NCBI GenBank assembly: GCA_024346625.1 | Contig: AP024664.1 | Location: forward strand, 3,162,001-3,226,000 | Reading direction: 5' to 3' | DNA length: 64,000 nucleotides | From: Williopsis jadinii | Taxonomy: Eukaryota | Shown: positions 43,353-55,700 of the stretch, in pieces | Position numbering within the stretch: position 1 is the first letter of the stretch | Layout of the letters: every line of letters begins with the position of its first letter | Notes under the pieces: model-generated | Seen by the model: the letters and a program-made list of their open reading frames with translations, nothing else | Databases searched by the model: none | Told to the model about the DNA's origin: nothing | Made by a program: the position numbers and the translations under genes

Positions 43353-43581
43353 AAAAAGCAGTCACAAAAGCTGTATTTTGGTAGAGGCAGCATATTTGAT
43401 GAAAAATACCCCCAAGCGCAAAGGGACCACAACACTGGTGTGTCCCTTAGCAACCGGACATTCGCGTTTATTTCCCTTTTGAGAGTATCTGCGACCATCG
43501 CAACAGTGAAAAAAAAATCAATCAACACATCTACACTCGTAACCATTAGTTGTGGAATAGCTGTAACAACAGACATCAACC

Positions 43582-44364
43582 ATGGCTCCAGGTAAGAAAG
43601 TTGCTCCATCCCCATTCGCCTCCAAGGGTGCTTCCAAGTCCAAGGCCCCAAAGAACCCATTGGCTGAGGCTAAGCCATTGAAGTTCGGTATCGGTCAAGC
43701 TATCCAACCAAAGAGAAACTTGTCCAGATTCGTCAAGTGGCCAGAGTACGTCCGTCTCCAAAGACAAAGAAAGGTTTTGTCCTTGAGATTGAAGGTTCCA
43801 CCAGCTATTGCCCAATTCCAACACACTTTGGACAGAAACACCGCTGCTGAGGCTTTCAAGTTGTTCAACAAGTACAGACCAGAGACCAAGGCTGAGAAGA
43901 AGGAGCGTTTGACCAAGGAGGCTGCTGCTATCGCTGAGGGTAAGACCAGACAAGAGGCCTCTGAGAAGCCATACGTTGTCAAGTTTGGTTTGAACCACGT
44001 TGTCTCCTTGATTGAGAACAAGAAGGCTAAGCTCGTTTTGATTGCCAACGATGTTGACCCAATTGAGTTGGTCATCTTCTTGCCAGCTTTGTGCCGTAAG
44101 ATGGGTGTTCCATACGCCATCATCAAGGGTAAGGCTCGTTTGGGTACTTTGGTTCACCAAAAGACCTCTGCCGTTGCTGCTTTGACCGAGGTTAGAGCTG
44201 AGGACGAGTCTGCTTTGGCTACTTTGGTTTCTACCATCAACTCCAACTTCGCTGAGAAGTACGAGGAGAACAGAAAGCACTGGGGTGGTGGTATCTTGGG
44301 TGCTAAGTCCCAAGCTAAGGCTGACAAGAAGGCTAAGTACGCTGCTGCTGCTGAGAAGAAGTAA
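43582..44364 (+). CDS. RPL8: 60S ribosomal protein eL8 (L8/L7a)
   Basis: [23 protein letters not shown] and [13 protein letters not shown]; extreme codon bias. Confidence 0.98.
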   Translation: MAPGKKVAPSPFASKGASKSKAPKNPLAEAKPLKFGIGQAIQPKRNLSRFVKWPEYVRLQRQRKVLSLRLKVPPAIAQFQHTLDRNTAAEAFKLFNKYRPETKAEKKERLTKEAAAIAEGKTRQEASEKPYVVKFGLNHVVSLIENKKAKLVLIANDVDPIELVIFLPALCRKMGVPYAIIKGKARLGTLVHQKTSAVAALTEVRAEDESALATLVSTINSNFAEKYEENRKHWGGGILGAKSQAKADKKAKYAAAAEKK

Positions 44365-44542
44365 ATTACCTCTTTGTAATAATACAACGCATATGATGTT
44401 TTTTCATGGTTCTAAATTTCAACAGTGTAGTTAAGTGGTGGACTTGTCCTGTATCAGATTGCCTAACAGGTGTGTCTATACAGGAGGTTTAAGAGGTGTA
44501 TGTATGTTTATAGCGTCATTGGTTGTTGCGGCGTCAGAAGAA

Positions 44543-44714
44543 TGATCATGGCTATTACATATCGATTAGAAACACACTATGACGGATCGTTTAGAAAGTG
44601 ATCATGGCTATTACAGATCGTTAAAAATGATCATGCCTATTACAGACGGTTTGGAGAGTGATCATGCCGGTTACATATCGTTTGGAAAGCCATCACGGCT
44701 CTACGTTTGGAAAA
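44543..44714. repeat. Degenerate ~31-bp minisatellite (5-6 units, consensus TGATCATGGCTATTACAGATCGTTTGGAAAG)
   Basis: TGATCATG(G/C)C..TTACA recurs four times, with two further partial units. Confidence 0.85.
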
Positions 44715-46168
44715 TGTTGTGATTACTCTTTGTTAACCGTGCGCAACTCACGCTTGATCAGCAAGTTCATCACCAAGACTCCCATCAAGAAACGGAAACA
44801 GCTTTCTTAAACTTGCATATGACATTAGTAACACACACATATGGAATAGCTAATTCCAATTTGGTAAACCTCGCACAAGTTTCAAGATTTATGGAATCAT
44901 CCGTCGAAAGTCGAAGCCTCCTTTGCTGAGTCACCAACCCCCACGCAATCCACATACTGAGTATTGAAGTTTGTGTCACCAGCAGATATAATTCGGCGGT
45001 TCAGCGCGCTGAAAGTTGGGGGAGGGCCAGGCTGCGAAAGTGTGCGGGAGTCCATTCTTAGTGGGGTTGGATCATTTTCGAGAAGCTGCTTAGCTAGGCC
45101 ATCGCGGGAAGTCACTGCAATAGTTACGATGTCATAGGAGCGGAAATCATTTCCATGGTTCATGGTTTTGTTGGATTTAAGCTTGACCTCCACCGGCCGT
45201 ACTGCATCGGCTGCAACCACAGGAGGTTCAACCTACGGAGTTGTCTGGATAGTTGACGAAATGATCCACGCCCGCTATGACAGGCACTGCAAAGGTCCCA
45301 AATATGGGCTTTTACACCATTCACAACGATGCATCAACTGTTGGATTAATCCCATCCGGAGTGATTTCATAAGAGCTGAGGAACCGTTCTGATCGAACCA
45401 ACCAATCTCCATACTATAGAGATGCATCCTGTAAAACGCGTTTCCACAGTAACAGTGTGATTAGCATGACGAACCGCGATCACGAAACAACCATGAAATG
45501 AGCCAATGGCTCTTAGACTATATGAAATGACATCATGACATCACTCCTCTCTCGGGTTGAAAGCTATCTCATTGATATCAACACTTGTTTCCAGCCAAAA
45601 TTCTAGATCCACGGTGCTGGGATGTGAGCAGTTAGGTCTTCATCCCTTAAAAAGCACACGTTTCTCAGCATATCTTCCTTTCCAGAAGGAAAGTTACCAT
45701 ACGCTCAACACGTGAGACGCTTCTCTTGATCCTGCCTTGAGCACAAATTATTCTCCTTCAGCCGCTGGAAGGCCTGTGAAATCTGCTGCCCGTGCCAAAC
45801 AACCGGGCAAGTCGTAACAAATTGTCGGGAAAATCCTTAACAGAAAACCTGAGATGCACTGTATGTGACATCAATATCTGCAATGGGGGTGATGAATTTT
45901 TGTCACTGTCATTTTCGCTCTTTTTGGTGGTGGCATTTTCAGTTTGAGTCAATGACTATGCAAGTGGGCAAAAAACTAAAATGCCACCAAGATTACGTTG
46001 AGAAGTTGAACCGATGACGTCGACGTGTTAACGAAGAGAAGCTTGACGGCTGTACTTGAGGTAGATAAAATAAAATTGTTGGAATGAGAAATGCCCCCGG
46101 GTATGGAGGGCCATATAAAGTCAAGGCCAAATCCCCATTGTCCTTGATTAAGTTTGCAAGATAGTGTA

Positions 46169-46990
46169 ATGAGCATTTCTCTTCGTAGAGTTGGAAGATT
46201 AACCACATTTGGAAGACTATCAGCAGTTACACTAGGAAAAGCAAGATATAACATGTGCACATACCAACAGGACACAATGACCTTGCCACAGAGCCCATTG
46301 GCTGAATCCCCAGAGCATATCGACCACCACCACCACCATCACCACCACGCGGAGCACATCTTTGAGGACCATGAAAGTTCGCCATTCGCCTTGACCAAGG
46401 AGAGCACGTTGAGAGACTACCTGTACAACAACAAGCTCTGGGTCGAGAAGATGAACGACTACAAGCCAAATGTCTTTGAGATTAACGGCAAGGGCCAAAG
46501 CCCACACACTCTGTGGATTGGCTGCTCGGACTCCAGATACAACGAGAACGTGTTGAACGTTTCCCCAGGTGAGGTGTTCGCTTTCAAGAACATCGCCAAC
46601 ATGATCAGCATTGACGACTTGACAACGAAATCCACCTTGGAGTTCTCAATCAACGTGCTAAAGGTGAGAAAGATCATCGTTTGTGGCCATTCCGACTGTG
46701 GAGGCATCTTGAACTCCCTGGCCTACAACGACTTGGGCTCGGCCAACTCCCACTTGGCGGAGTACTTGACAAAGATTGACCAATTGAGAGACGAGAAATT
46801 GGAGGAGTTGAACAAGATCACAGACATCAAGCTCAGAGCAAAGAGACTGGCCGAGTTTAACGTTATGAGACAGCTCGACATCCTTCGGAACCAAAGCGTT
46901 GTTATCAACGCCCTTACAAAGGGCGAGATTGAACTGTGGGGTTTGGTCTATAACGTTGACAGCGGCTACCTCGAGGTTGTCGAGGCCTAG
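46169..46990 (+). CDS. NCE103: Beta-class carbonic anhydrase
   Basis: GQSPHTLWIGCSDSR, NIANM and CGHSDCGG zinc ligands; in-frame ATGs at 46169, 46253 and 46277. Confidence 0.93.
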   Translation: MSISLRRVGRLTTFGRLSAVTLGKARYNMCTYQQDTMTLPQSPLAESPEHIDHHHHHHHHAEHIFEDHESSPFALTKESTLRDYLYNNKLWVEKMNDYKPNVFEINGKGQSPHTLWIGCSDSRYNENVLNVSPGEVFAFKNIANMISIDDLTTKSTLEFSINVLKVRKIIVCGHSDCGGILNSLAYNDLGSANSHLAEYLTKIDQLRDEKLEELNKITDIKLRAKRLAEFNVMRQLDILRNQSVVINALTKGEIELWGLVYNVDSGYLEVVEA

Positions 46991-47709
46991 GCTGTAAACA
47001 CTTGTGCATGTATAAAGAGGGAATTAATCGAGTAATAGAGAAATAGAGCTGGACTTGCTCTTTTACAACTGAGAACTCTGTAGCCAATTTCGCCGCCTAG
47101 CAACGTTAGACTGCATATACTAAAAAGGCAGCAGGGGAAACCTTGATCCAGTCTTCACACCTGTTGCTGCTTCTTAACACCTACACCTCACTCCGCACAA
47201 GCTCCAGAACACACCACACTGCGTCTCTGTCCACTTCAGCCTGCTGCCCTCAGTTCGATCCCATCCAAAACCTGCCATTACTGTGGTGGGCCATGGTACG
47301 CACACGCTTTATGATCTTGCGCAATCTTCACTGGGTTTGTCACCTTTTTTTCCGTGGCCACTTTTGGTCTCAGCCGTTCGCGTCCTCCCTCGTCTGCGCG
47401 TAATGTGTAACTTCTTTTTTGCGTGGTGTAAGCTGTGTGTGCTTAATCGTTATCAGTGACATTTTTTGTGTTTTCGTTAATCCCCCGAGTTTCGTTATAA
47501 ATTATTAATCCTTTGCCGTCCTGCCACCCCTTTGACATCGCACGCTTCTCTGGCCATTGCACCGTTATACGCTGAAGACTGTGCTACTTTGGCTTCCTTG
47601 ACGACTAAGCCACCGATATAGCCCATCCTCACACACAAATAGACCCGAATTGGCTTGTAAAACACTGTCTCGTGCTGCCCCTCCTTGTTCTTCTCCCAGT
47701 GTGCCCCTG

Positions 47710-48999
47710 ATGTCGACGAGCCACAAGTCTGAGAATATCAAGCAGTCCCCTACTCGGACGAGAAGACGCTCCAGTATCAGCCTGTCGGCCAAGCTACAGC
47801 TCGAGAATACGATGCTTCTCAACTCCGTCCCGGTGAACTACCCTTTGTATGCGATCTCTGAGCAGACGAGACGTTACATCCCGCAGTCGCAAAGAGAACT
47901 CATCTCGGGCTATCTCGATGAGCCACACACGACACAGAGCGTGATCCAGAGAAAGAAGTACTCCACCAACATCGACGAGAGAAACTTCATCTCTGTGTAT
48001 GAGTACCAGATAAACGACCACTGGATCATCTGGGACTATAGCACCGGGTTTGTGTTCTTCACGGGGCTCTGGAAAGCGTGTGGGAATACCAAGACCGATA
48101 TCGTCAAGCTCGTGGAGAACTTCCCTTCCCTGCAGACCTGTGTCAGAAGAATCCGTGGCGGGTTCTTGAAGATCCAAGGCACTTGGTTACCCTACGACAA
48201 GGCCCGGGAGCTTGCAAAGAACTTTAGCTTCAACATCCGCTATTGTCTGGTGCCAATCTTTGGAGATTCATTTCCAGATGAGTGCTTGAAGCCTACGCAT
48301 CCAAACTTTGGTAGACTAGTTGATATCAATGCCCCGCCTGTGGTTAAACAGCGCCGTCGTTCCACTGCTAACCACAGCTCATCAGCTAGCCATACGAATA
48401 ACAAGACGGGGTTCAAACCTAGAAGATCGCATAGCCAGTCTGAGGCGATGTCTAGGAATACGCCAATCGTGGAGTTACAAGAAGTGTTGAAGGCTTCGAA
48501 GCAATTGCACCATTTATCATCGAGCCATATAGTCATTTCTCCTCGGTCATCGACTTCCCTTGAAAACTACTCTCTGGACCGTGAACGGTTAACCAGGAAA
48601 CGGACGCCTTCTTTCAACTATGGTGGATTTGTATGGTCGTGGAACGACTTGAAGATATTGGGCAAAGATGACGAGCACGCCGTCATCGATGAAGATGAAA
48701 CATCGGTTCATCTATTACCACCAATATCACACAAGGGGAACACGGAAGTTACAACTAACTTCCTCACCCCGATGTCTAGCGCACCTCAGCTGAGCACTGC
48801 TACAACAAACAGTCCATCTGCCCATAACCAGGGTTCATCCTCGTATATAAGCGATATGACTCCAAAATCATACAACGGGTATGAGACTGTTGTCAATGCA
48901 GCACAACAGTTGTTGTGCTTTTCAAACTCAAGGGCCGACGGGGAAGTCGTTAACACACCTATAAAGGATAAGATGGACATTGGCGGGCTGTTGAGCTGA
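47710..48999 (+). CDS. XBP1: APSES/KilA-N transcription factor, Xbp1-like repressor
   Basis: VYEYQINDHWIIWDYSTGFVFFTGLWK and RIRGGFLKIQGTWLPY motifs; first ATG at 47710. Confidence 0.75.
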   Translation: MSTSHKSENIKQSPTRTRRRSSISLSAKLQLENTMLLNSVPVNYPLYAISEQTRRYIPQSQRELISGYLDEPHTTQSVIQRKKYSTNIDERNFISVYEYQINDHWIIWDYSTGFVFFTGLWKACGNTKTDIVKLVENFPSLQTCVRRIRGGFLKIQGTWLPYDKARELAKNFSFNIRYCLVPIFGDSFPDECLKPTHPNFGRLVDINAPPVVKQRRRSTANHSSSASHTNNKTGFKPRRSHSQSEAMSRNTPIVELQEVLKASKQLHHLSSSHIVISPRSSTSLENYSLDRERLTRKRTPSFNYGGFVWSWNDLKILGKDDEHAVIDEDETSVHLLPPISHKGNTEVTTNFLTPMSSAPQLSTATTNSPSAHNQGSSSYISDMTPKSYNGYETVVNAAQQLLCFSNSRADGEVVNTPIKDKMDIGGLLS

Positions 49000-49441
49000 A
49001 CGTCTTGCCAATTGTTACAGGTTGTGATGGTTTCCTCTTAACGCTTTCTTGGTATGCAATCAACTGTTGCTATAATGCTTTGGTTGTGTGTGGCTCCTCT
49101 TCTTTTTGTTCTTTGCTTCTTCGTTTATTTCCCTTTAATTGTTGGTTTTCTTTTGTTTATTTTTGATGGTTGGTTTGATGGCTTTAAGGATTCATTTTAT
49201 ATAAACGTTACGGTTATTATACATTCGTTTTATTGTTAATTGCTTGGGTAGCACGATGCCGTTGTATGCTGTATGCCCTGTGTGCTGTGTGCTGTGTATG
49301 CGAGAGGTCTGTGTGGTTGTTGTTGCCCCGGTGATAACAAATTTTTCTTCAGCACACTGGGAAAACTTTCACAATGAGAACATGGCGTTGTACTCCAAAA
49401 GGGAAGAGCAGCGACGTGTGTTGCAAAAGAGTGGTCAAAGT

Positions 49442-50200
49442 ATGAGTTCCAGTGGTACTGTGTAAGTGTCTTAAGTCGTCAATTTCTTTCCATTGCTAAC
49501 GTTCAGCGTCTACAGGATCTCCAGAAAAGATTTGTATGAGGACTCTGAGGTTTCAGATACAGATGAGGTTGTGCTTCCGAAGATTGACTTTGAATTCGTA
49601 GAGACGAAAGTGGAGGAAAAAGCTCAGGATGAGCCGATGCAGGAGGAATTTGACTTCCCACTGTTCTCTTTTGGGTCGGATAACTCGAATGATACTTCAA
49701 AAACAGTTGAAGAGAGAGGCCGCACCTTGGAGAAGTCCTCATTAGTTAAAGTCTCACTAAGGTCACCATCGCCAGTTCGCATTAAACAAGAACGCCCGAT
49801 GTCTTACTATGTGGCACATTACACAGCAAAACAGAGAGACGAGTTCACTGAGGCTGCAATCACGTGGGAACAGCTCGTACCATTATCGAAGATTAGAGTA
49901 AATAACCCGTTCGATAAAGTGATAGACTTGGTAAAGTTCAACTCACGTGTGGAGAGAGATCTAAACTCTTTGAAAGCGAAGAAGACAAGACCTGGTAAGA
50001 AGGCAAGACTGGCAAGACTGGAGTCTAAGAAGGGAATAAAGAAACGTAAAGATTACCAAAAGAAGCTCGATGAAGAAGCACATAGAAAATTGATGAAGAA
50101 AATGAACCATAAAAGAGGTGGTAAGAAACATAAGAAGAAACAGGGTAACGCTCAACAAAAACCACAACAACCTACAAAGCCAAAGTATAGAACTGAGTAA
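49442..50200 (+). CDS. DUF2011-like basic protein (YNL050C-like), 2 exons (49442-49461, 49516-50200)
   Basis: 54-nt intron GTAAGT...GCTAAC...CAG gives MSSSGTVISRKDLY; EEFDFPLFS, VSLRSPSP, ERPMSYY and RPGKKAR motifs; alternative in-frame ATG at 49382. Confidence 0.7.
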
Positions 50201-50243
50201 TACCAAAAAAACGATCATGAACAATTAACCATTGTATGTGGAT

Positions 50244-52523
50244 CTAGTTATAACTGTCCTCCAAGTATGCACGTCCAATCTCGACTGCGACGTTCCTTCT
50301 AACAACTTTTAACAATGTTTGTAAATCATGTGGAGGTTTGACATTAGCATCATCCAAATACTTGGTCCAATATGTAGAGTCATTTTCAAACTCTTGCGAA
50401 ATACTTGCACGGTAGAGTTCATCACATTCTTGTGTTAGAACGATGCTTTTCTTATCCTTTTTGTTAAAGATATCTTCTTCGTACTTATCCAAGATTTTCA
50501 CCACTGTCAGTAAATCCTGCTTCAATAAAACTTTTGGTGGAACCAACAGAATAACAAACGGTAATAGTTGCGAGAGAACTAGTCCAAATAGTCTTGGTGG
50601 AAGGTATGGGAATTTCAAGAGTGAAATTAACTTCTTCAACGCCAATCTTAATGAACCTTCTTTCTTCAAGTTCCAAAATCTGTACAAGATCGCATAAGGT
50701 GCTAAAGTTTGTCTCAAGAGCGGTGTCAATTCCAATGATTCCCTGTTAACACCTTCTATTGAGATGGAATCATCCACAGTGGCATTAATAATCACATCCT
50801 GAATAGGTTCCCCACGCATAAGAGAATTCTCAAAAATTAGCCAACAATGGTGCTTAACATATTCAATCTCACCAGCACGTGCAAACAGTTTCAACGCTTC
50901 GAGTAGTAAACCTTCAGCTAAAGACCTTTGAGCTGCGGTACGGTAAATCACATGTGCAATGTAGGGTAACTTAAGACTTGCACATACAGTTAGCGCCCAT
51001 TCAATGTCATCGTTGTTCTGGAATTCGTATCTGGGTAAGTATTCCGCAATCACTGAACGTGCAGTTGGATTGCGTGAAGAAGCCAAGAGGCCAATACCCA
51101 CTGGAGCTAATTCATGGATGGTTAAACAATCCAAAGCATGAGTGTGGATTAAAAACTCTGAAGGGTTTGTTGTTGAAAAAAGATCTTGTGAGATCAGAAG
51201 ACTTGAACTCACTTTGAAATCATCATCAAATGAGTATCCTTTTAGAAGCCCTCTAGCTTCACATAATGCGGACACATAAGCTGAAGTGGCTGTGCTGAAA
51301 GAACTAATTGCACGTAATGCTTGTAAGAAAGATTCTTCAAAGATATCAACACATGCCAATTCCCAAATCGAAGTTTGGTCAGGTTTATGACTTGAGACTG
51401 CCGAGTTGAAATAATCAGTCAAGAGTTCAGAACAAGGTATATGGTAATAAACCAATCCAACAAGCGCCTCGTACCAGGATGTCGATTGCTCCAGGATTGC
51501 AGTTTGATCTCCAGCTAAGATCTGAAGCAATTTTCTAATGTTATTTAACAACATTGGATTGTCTGTATTCCTTAGTGATGCGTTAGATAACGCCTTTGCT
51601 GCAGTGGATTTCCAAGTTTTAAAGATCTCCTGTGGTGAATTTTCGGGATATGATTCGAGCAAATGCAAACAGTCCACAATTAAGTTGTACAGCTCTTCAT
51701 CGTCATCGTGTAATTCTTCAAATTTTGATTGTTTAAATGCATCAGAAGCCGTTTCGTATAGCCCTCGAAGAGTAAGTTGAGTTATGAAAGCCCAAAATAG
51801 AGGGTGTTTATATGGGATTTCTGACTTCATTATGCCATTGGCAAGCTCGGCATCAGGTTGTGGATCAGCCATGTTGATCCATTGTGCCAGTGCTCGAGGG
51901 ATTTCATTGTCTGGGGTGAAATACAATGCCCTCAAACAGTTCAATACGGCTAATATTTCCTCCAATTCAAACACCTCAATCTCGGAATTGGCATTTGTAC
52001 TCTTCTTGTCAATATATGACTGTAATTCTTCGATAGTCAACGACATGGCCTTTGTTAACACATTAATCTGATTTCTCTGGGCCTCTCTGTTGATCACGCC
52101 CGCCGTAGGCACAGAATAGTACTTCTCCTCCCCAAGAGCATCATAGATACTGTACAGATTAGACACATACTCCACGTAAGCATCTGCATCGTCAAAAGTT
52201 GGCACCTTCGAGGTGTAGATCTTAGTCTCCTGAGGATACACTTTGATCCTCTTATCACTATGAGGGTTCTGCGAGATGAACCCTACACCATCGACGCCGT
52301 TAGGATTCAGTCTGAACTTCAGGATACGTGAACTCTTTGTCCAATTCTCAACTCCCTCGGGCGGGATTGGGGCTTCTTCAAACCGAGTAAGCAACACGTT
52401 CGAAACCGGATCAACCTCCTGTTCATCACTGCCGCCAGCACCGTCTTCATCGAGCCCTTCGACAAAGCCGAACGACTCGTCCATCAGCTGCAAAGGCTGT
52501 TCATTCTCATCCAGCATCGCCAT
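50244..52523 (-). CDS. NUP85: Nucleoporin Nup85
   Basis: QWINMADPQP, FWAFITQLTLRG, SWYEALVG and NNDDIEWALTVC; helical solenoid; next to URB2 and GEF1 as in S. cerevisiae. Confidence 0.88.
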   Translation of the reverse strand: MAMLDENEQPLQLMDESFGFVEGLDEDGAGGSDEQEVDPVSNVLLTRFEEAPIPPEGVENWTKSSRILKFRLNPNGVDGVGFISQNPHSDKRIKVYPQETKIYTSKVPTFDDADAYVEYVSNLYSIYDALGEEKYYSVPTAGVINREAQRNQINVLTKAMSLTIEELQSYIDKKSTNANSEIEVFELEEILAVLNCLRALYFTPDNEIPRALAQWINMADPQPDAELANGIMKSEIPYKHPLFWAFITQLTLRGLYETASDAFKQSKFEELHDDDEELYNLIVDCLHLLESYPENSPQEIFKTWKSTAAKALSNASLRNTDNPMLLNNIRKLLQILAGDQTAILEQSTSWYEALVGLVYYHIPCSELLTDYFNSAVSSHKPDQTSIWELACVDIFEESFLQALRAISSFSTATSAYVSALCEARGLLKGYSFDDDFKVSSSLLISQDLFSTTNPSEFLIHTHALDCLTIHELAPVGIGLLASSRNPTARSVIAEYLPRYEFQNNDDIEWALTVCASLKLPYIAHVIYRTAAQRSLAEGLLLEALKLFARAGEIEYVKHHCWLIFENSLMRGEPIQDVIINATVDDSISIEGVNRESLELTPLLRQTLAPYAILYRFWNLKKEGSLRLALKKLISLLKFPYLPPRLFGLVLSQLLPFVILLVPPKVLLKQDLLTVVKILDKYEEDIFNKKDKKSIVLTQECDELYRASISQEFENDSTYWTKYLDDANVKPPHDLQTLLKVVRRNVAVEIGRAYLEDSYN

Positions 52524-52689
52524 CACCAAAGCTCAGCCGCCGTGTTCTCTTTCCAATTCGTTGGACGTAAACAAAGCAAAGGACAAACAAAAGAAAAATG
52601 TAAACAAAAAAGTTGTTGAAAGAAGCGAAAGACATCGAGGAGTAAAAAAAAAAGTGGTCGGAACTGATGAATTCCGGACGCATATACAA

Positions 52690-52713
52690 AAACTTTTCGG
52701 CTCATCTCATCGC
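52690..52713. promoter_or_regulatory. RRPE-like plus tandem PAC element upstream of URB2
   Basis: AAACTTTTC followed by CTCATCTCATCGC (reverse complement GCGATGAGATGAG). Confidence 0.7.
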
Positions 52714-52796
52714 GTCGAATTAATACTCGAGCTGGGGAGTTTGTAGCTTTCTGTGTTCTTCGCTCTGTTGTTTGCTCGTTGATTTGGTGGTCCGAG

Positions 52797-55700
52797 ATGT
52801 CGCTTGTATGTTTGTCTGTTGTTTGGTTTTACTGTTTTACATTGCTCGTTACTAATTGTCCCTGTAGTCCCTCACCACCGCAGAAGGTGTGACGAAGTAT
52901 TTGAGATCTAAGACAACCACTGTGGAAGAGATCGTCAAGGTATCAAACCAATTGCTTGACGACGAATTGGCCGTGTATCTGCCTAATGCTGTCAAATTCG
53001 TATTTGAGCTGCTCGTTGATCGCTTAAACGGTAAGACAGCGTTCAGGTGTGAAGGCTCTGTGTGGACACTGTTCAATAAGACTTGGAAGATGCTCAACAC
53101 TGAATCAAAATTCAGAAATCGGACTTTCCAACGACTGAGATTTGGTGAGGTGTTCTCTACTGGCGTAGCTGGAATCGTGCCATCTGTTGAATCTTGTGAA
53201 ACTGTCACTGAGACTCTATACTTGGTCCGCTCGGAATCCTCTTTATTCAATTCTCAGGATCATGCAGTACAAATACTGGGTAACTACTTGACCTTGTTGG
53301 ATAAGGTTGAAAGTGTTAACTATGAACAGAGCATTAAAGAGGTTGTTTTGTTCTTCAAGAGTGCTGTCAGTGTCGAAAAGTATTCAGAGAAGTTCATCAA
53401 CTTGTTTGTCATCAACGCTTTACCCATTATATTGGACTTTATCCACTCGAAGGAAAGTTCATCTCCGTTGGTTCCACTCTTGAAAAGAATAATACTGTCA
53501 AATCAAAACTTGGATCATTTGGAGCAAAACATTGATCTGTTACTGAAGCAAGAGGTTTCGCCAAATGGTATGGCTCAGATGTATACGCTTGTTGTTGACT
53601 GTCTCTCTAAAAATGACACTGAAAAGATGCAAAAGATATTTACCAAGATTGTACAACAATATCCAACGTTATCAGGGAACTTACTTGAATGCATCTTGAA
53701 TACAAAGAGGACACTTTCTCATGATTTCCTGCTCAACATCTTTGAAAGAGAATTGGCCAATAGTGAACAGAACTGGGATTTGGTCAAGGCAGTGTTCAAG
53801 CTCGATATTGAAATTGTCACTCAACAAGCTGAAAGAATAATGAAACTACTTGATAACAGTTCAAACAAGTATTGTGATGAAGACTACCTCTCTGTTGGAA
53901 CGGAAATTGTCAATGCCTACATCAGAGCTAGAGACCTCGAATCATTCTTCAAGATATGGACATCACTGTTAACTGCCAAATCTATTTGGAGCAGTAATGA
54001 ATTCCGTGACGTGGTCTCCAGGAGTGTCCTGTCATTATCTTCAACCCAATTGAAATCAATCATCACCACACTCTTGAACATGGATTCTGATTCAAAGTTC
54101 ATATCCCTTGCAACGTTAACACAGGGCTTGTTTAGTGTTAAGGATAAGATCGTACTGAACGATGCTAGGGAGATCCTCAAACATGTATTCGATATCGAAA
54201 TAGATTATGCATGGGAAGTCAAGTATTATCTGCTTTGTCTCTTTGAAGATATTGTTCCAATGATGGAGTTGAAGAAGATTGCTAATGGTAAACTGAAAGT
54301 ATCATCAGAGTATCAGTTTCATACACTCTTTAGGATAAGGGAATTGACAGATCTCAATACTGAACAGTTAGCGTCGCTTTTTGTCAAATTTGTCAAGTCT
54401 AACCCATCATCTAATATCTTAGAGATGACGTTCGAACGTTGGTCTGTCTTAATTAATGAGATTTTAGAAACGGAACAAATGGGTCAATTGGTTGATGAAC
54501 TGCTTTCGAAGCAAGAATTGACACTTATTGCCTTGAGAAACCCCCAGATCTATGAATGTTTGACTATTATCGAAACCATTGTGTCCAAGATCACGAAAAG
54601 GATTCAGTCTAGCAAGGAACTCACCTCCTTTGATTCGATTGTATTGGAACAAATTCCTATCCAATGTTATCCAAAATCAACCAAAATTCCGTTGCTGAAT
54701 GCACTTTCTAGAAAGTGTCTGTCTTCGAAACAAGAGGAACATCTGGTTCCAATCTTACATATACTACAAACGCCAACTTTTAAATCGGATATTGAATCAG
54801 ATGTGTCCTTGATTGATAAGATGGTGCAAACGTTTCCAGACTCATCGTTCTTCAATACCATCTGGAAACAACGTTATGCAAATCTGAAGGACGATGAAAA
54901 CTTGACATTTATGAAAACTCTGATGAGCTATGTTTCTGAAAGATTAACCAATGTCAAGGATGTTTCATCCACTATGCACATTGCCTTCGTGATGCTATCC
55001 AATGCCCCCGATCAATTGGACTTGAGTCATCTCCAATCGCAATTTATCGAATGTTCTAAAGACATCTTGACATGTCAGTTGAAAGAGACATCATTTGACG
55101 AAACTCATGATATATCCTGGATTTTGCAAGCCCTCTACAAATTGGATGTCGATGCTTCGAATTTTGATAAATTATACACCTTGTTGTTATCTTTTGGAGA
55201 ATCAATTCAAGCATCTAACCACGTTGAGGCTAAGAGAAACTTGTTCCTTGTTCTAGTGAAATATAGAAAACTTGGATCTTCCTTCGAGTTTTTTGAATCC
55301 TTATACATCATATTAAGGGAACAGGGTATACAAAGAGACGATATGATTGGTGGTCTTGCATATCTACTCAAATCTTTGGATGCTGATTCTTTTAACAACT
55401 CCTTGGAAAATGCAATCAATTCGAAGGCTACAGACTATGTCATCGAAGTCGTCACTTGTCACTGGGGCTTCCTTCAACGCTCTAACAACAAAAGTCAAGA
55501 ACTGTTTGTCAAGTCTCTGTCTTCATTTGCATCAAATATTACTAATATCGCATCTGGTTCTTTAGAGGGAATACTCATATCATTGAAGAGTCTGCTTGTT
55601 GAAAAATCATGGGTCTTTTCTCAATATGCTGTGGAACTTGTCTTTGTATTTCTATCCCGTGCTGTTGATCATTTGGATCTATCGAGCAGCAAGTCTGAAG

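Noticed and set aside
43576..44313. 245-aa antisense ORF opposite RPL8
   Set aside because: Same codon-bias shadow effect.
44543..44714. CRISPR-like interpretation of the 31-bp repeats
   Set aside because: Eukaryotic context, no unique spacers and no cas genes.
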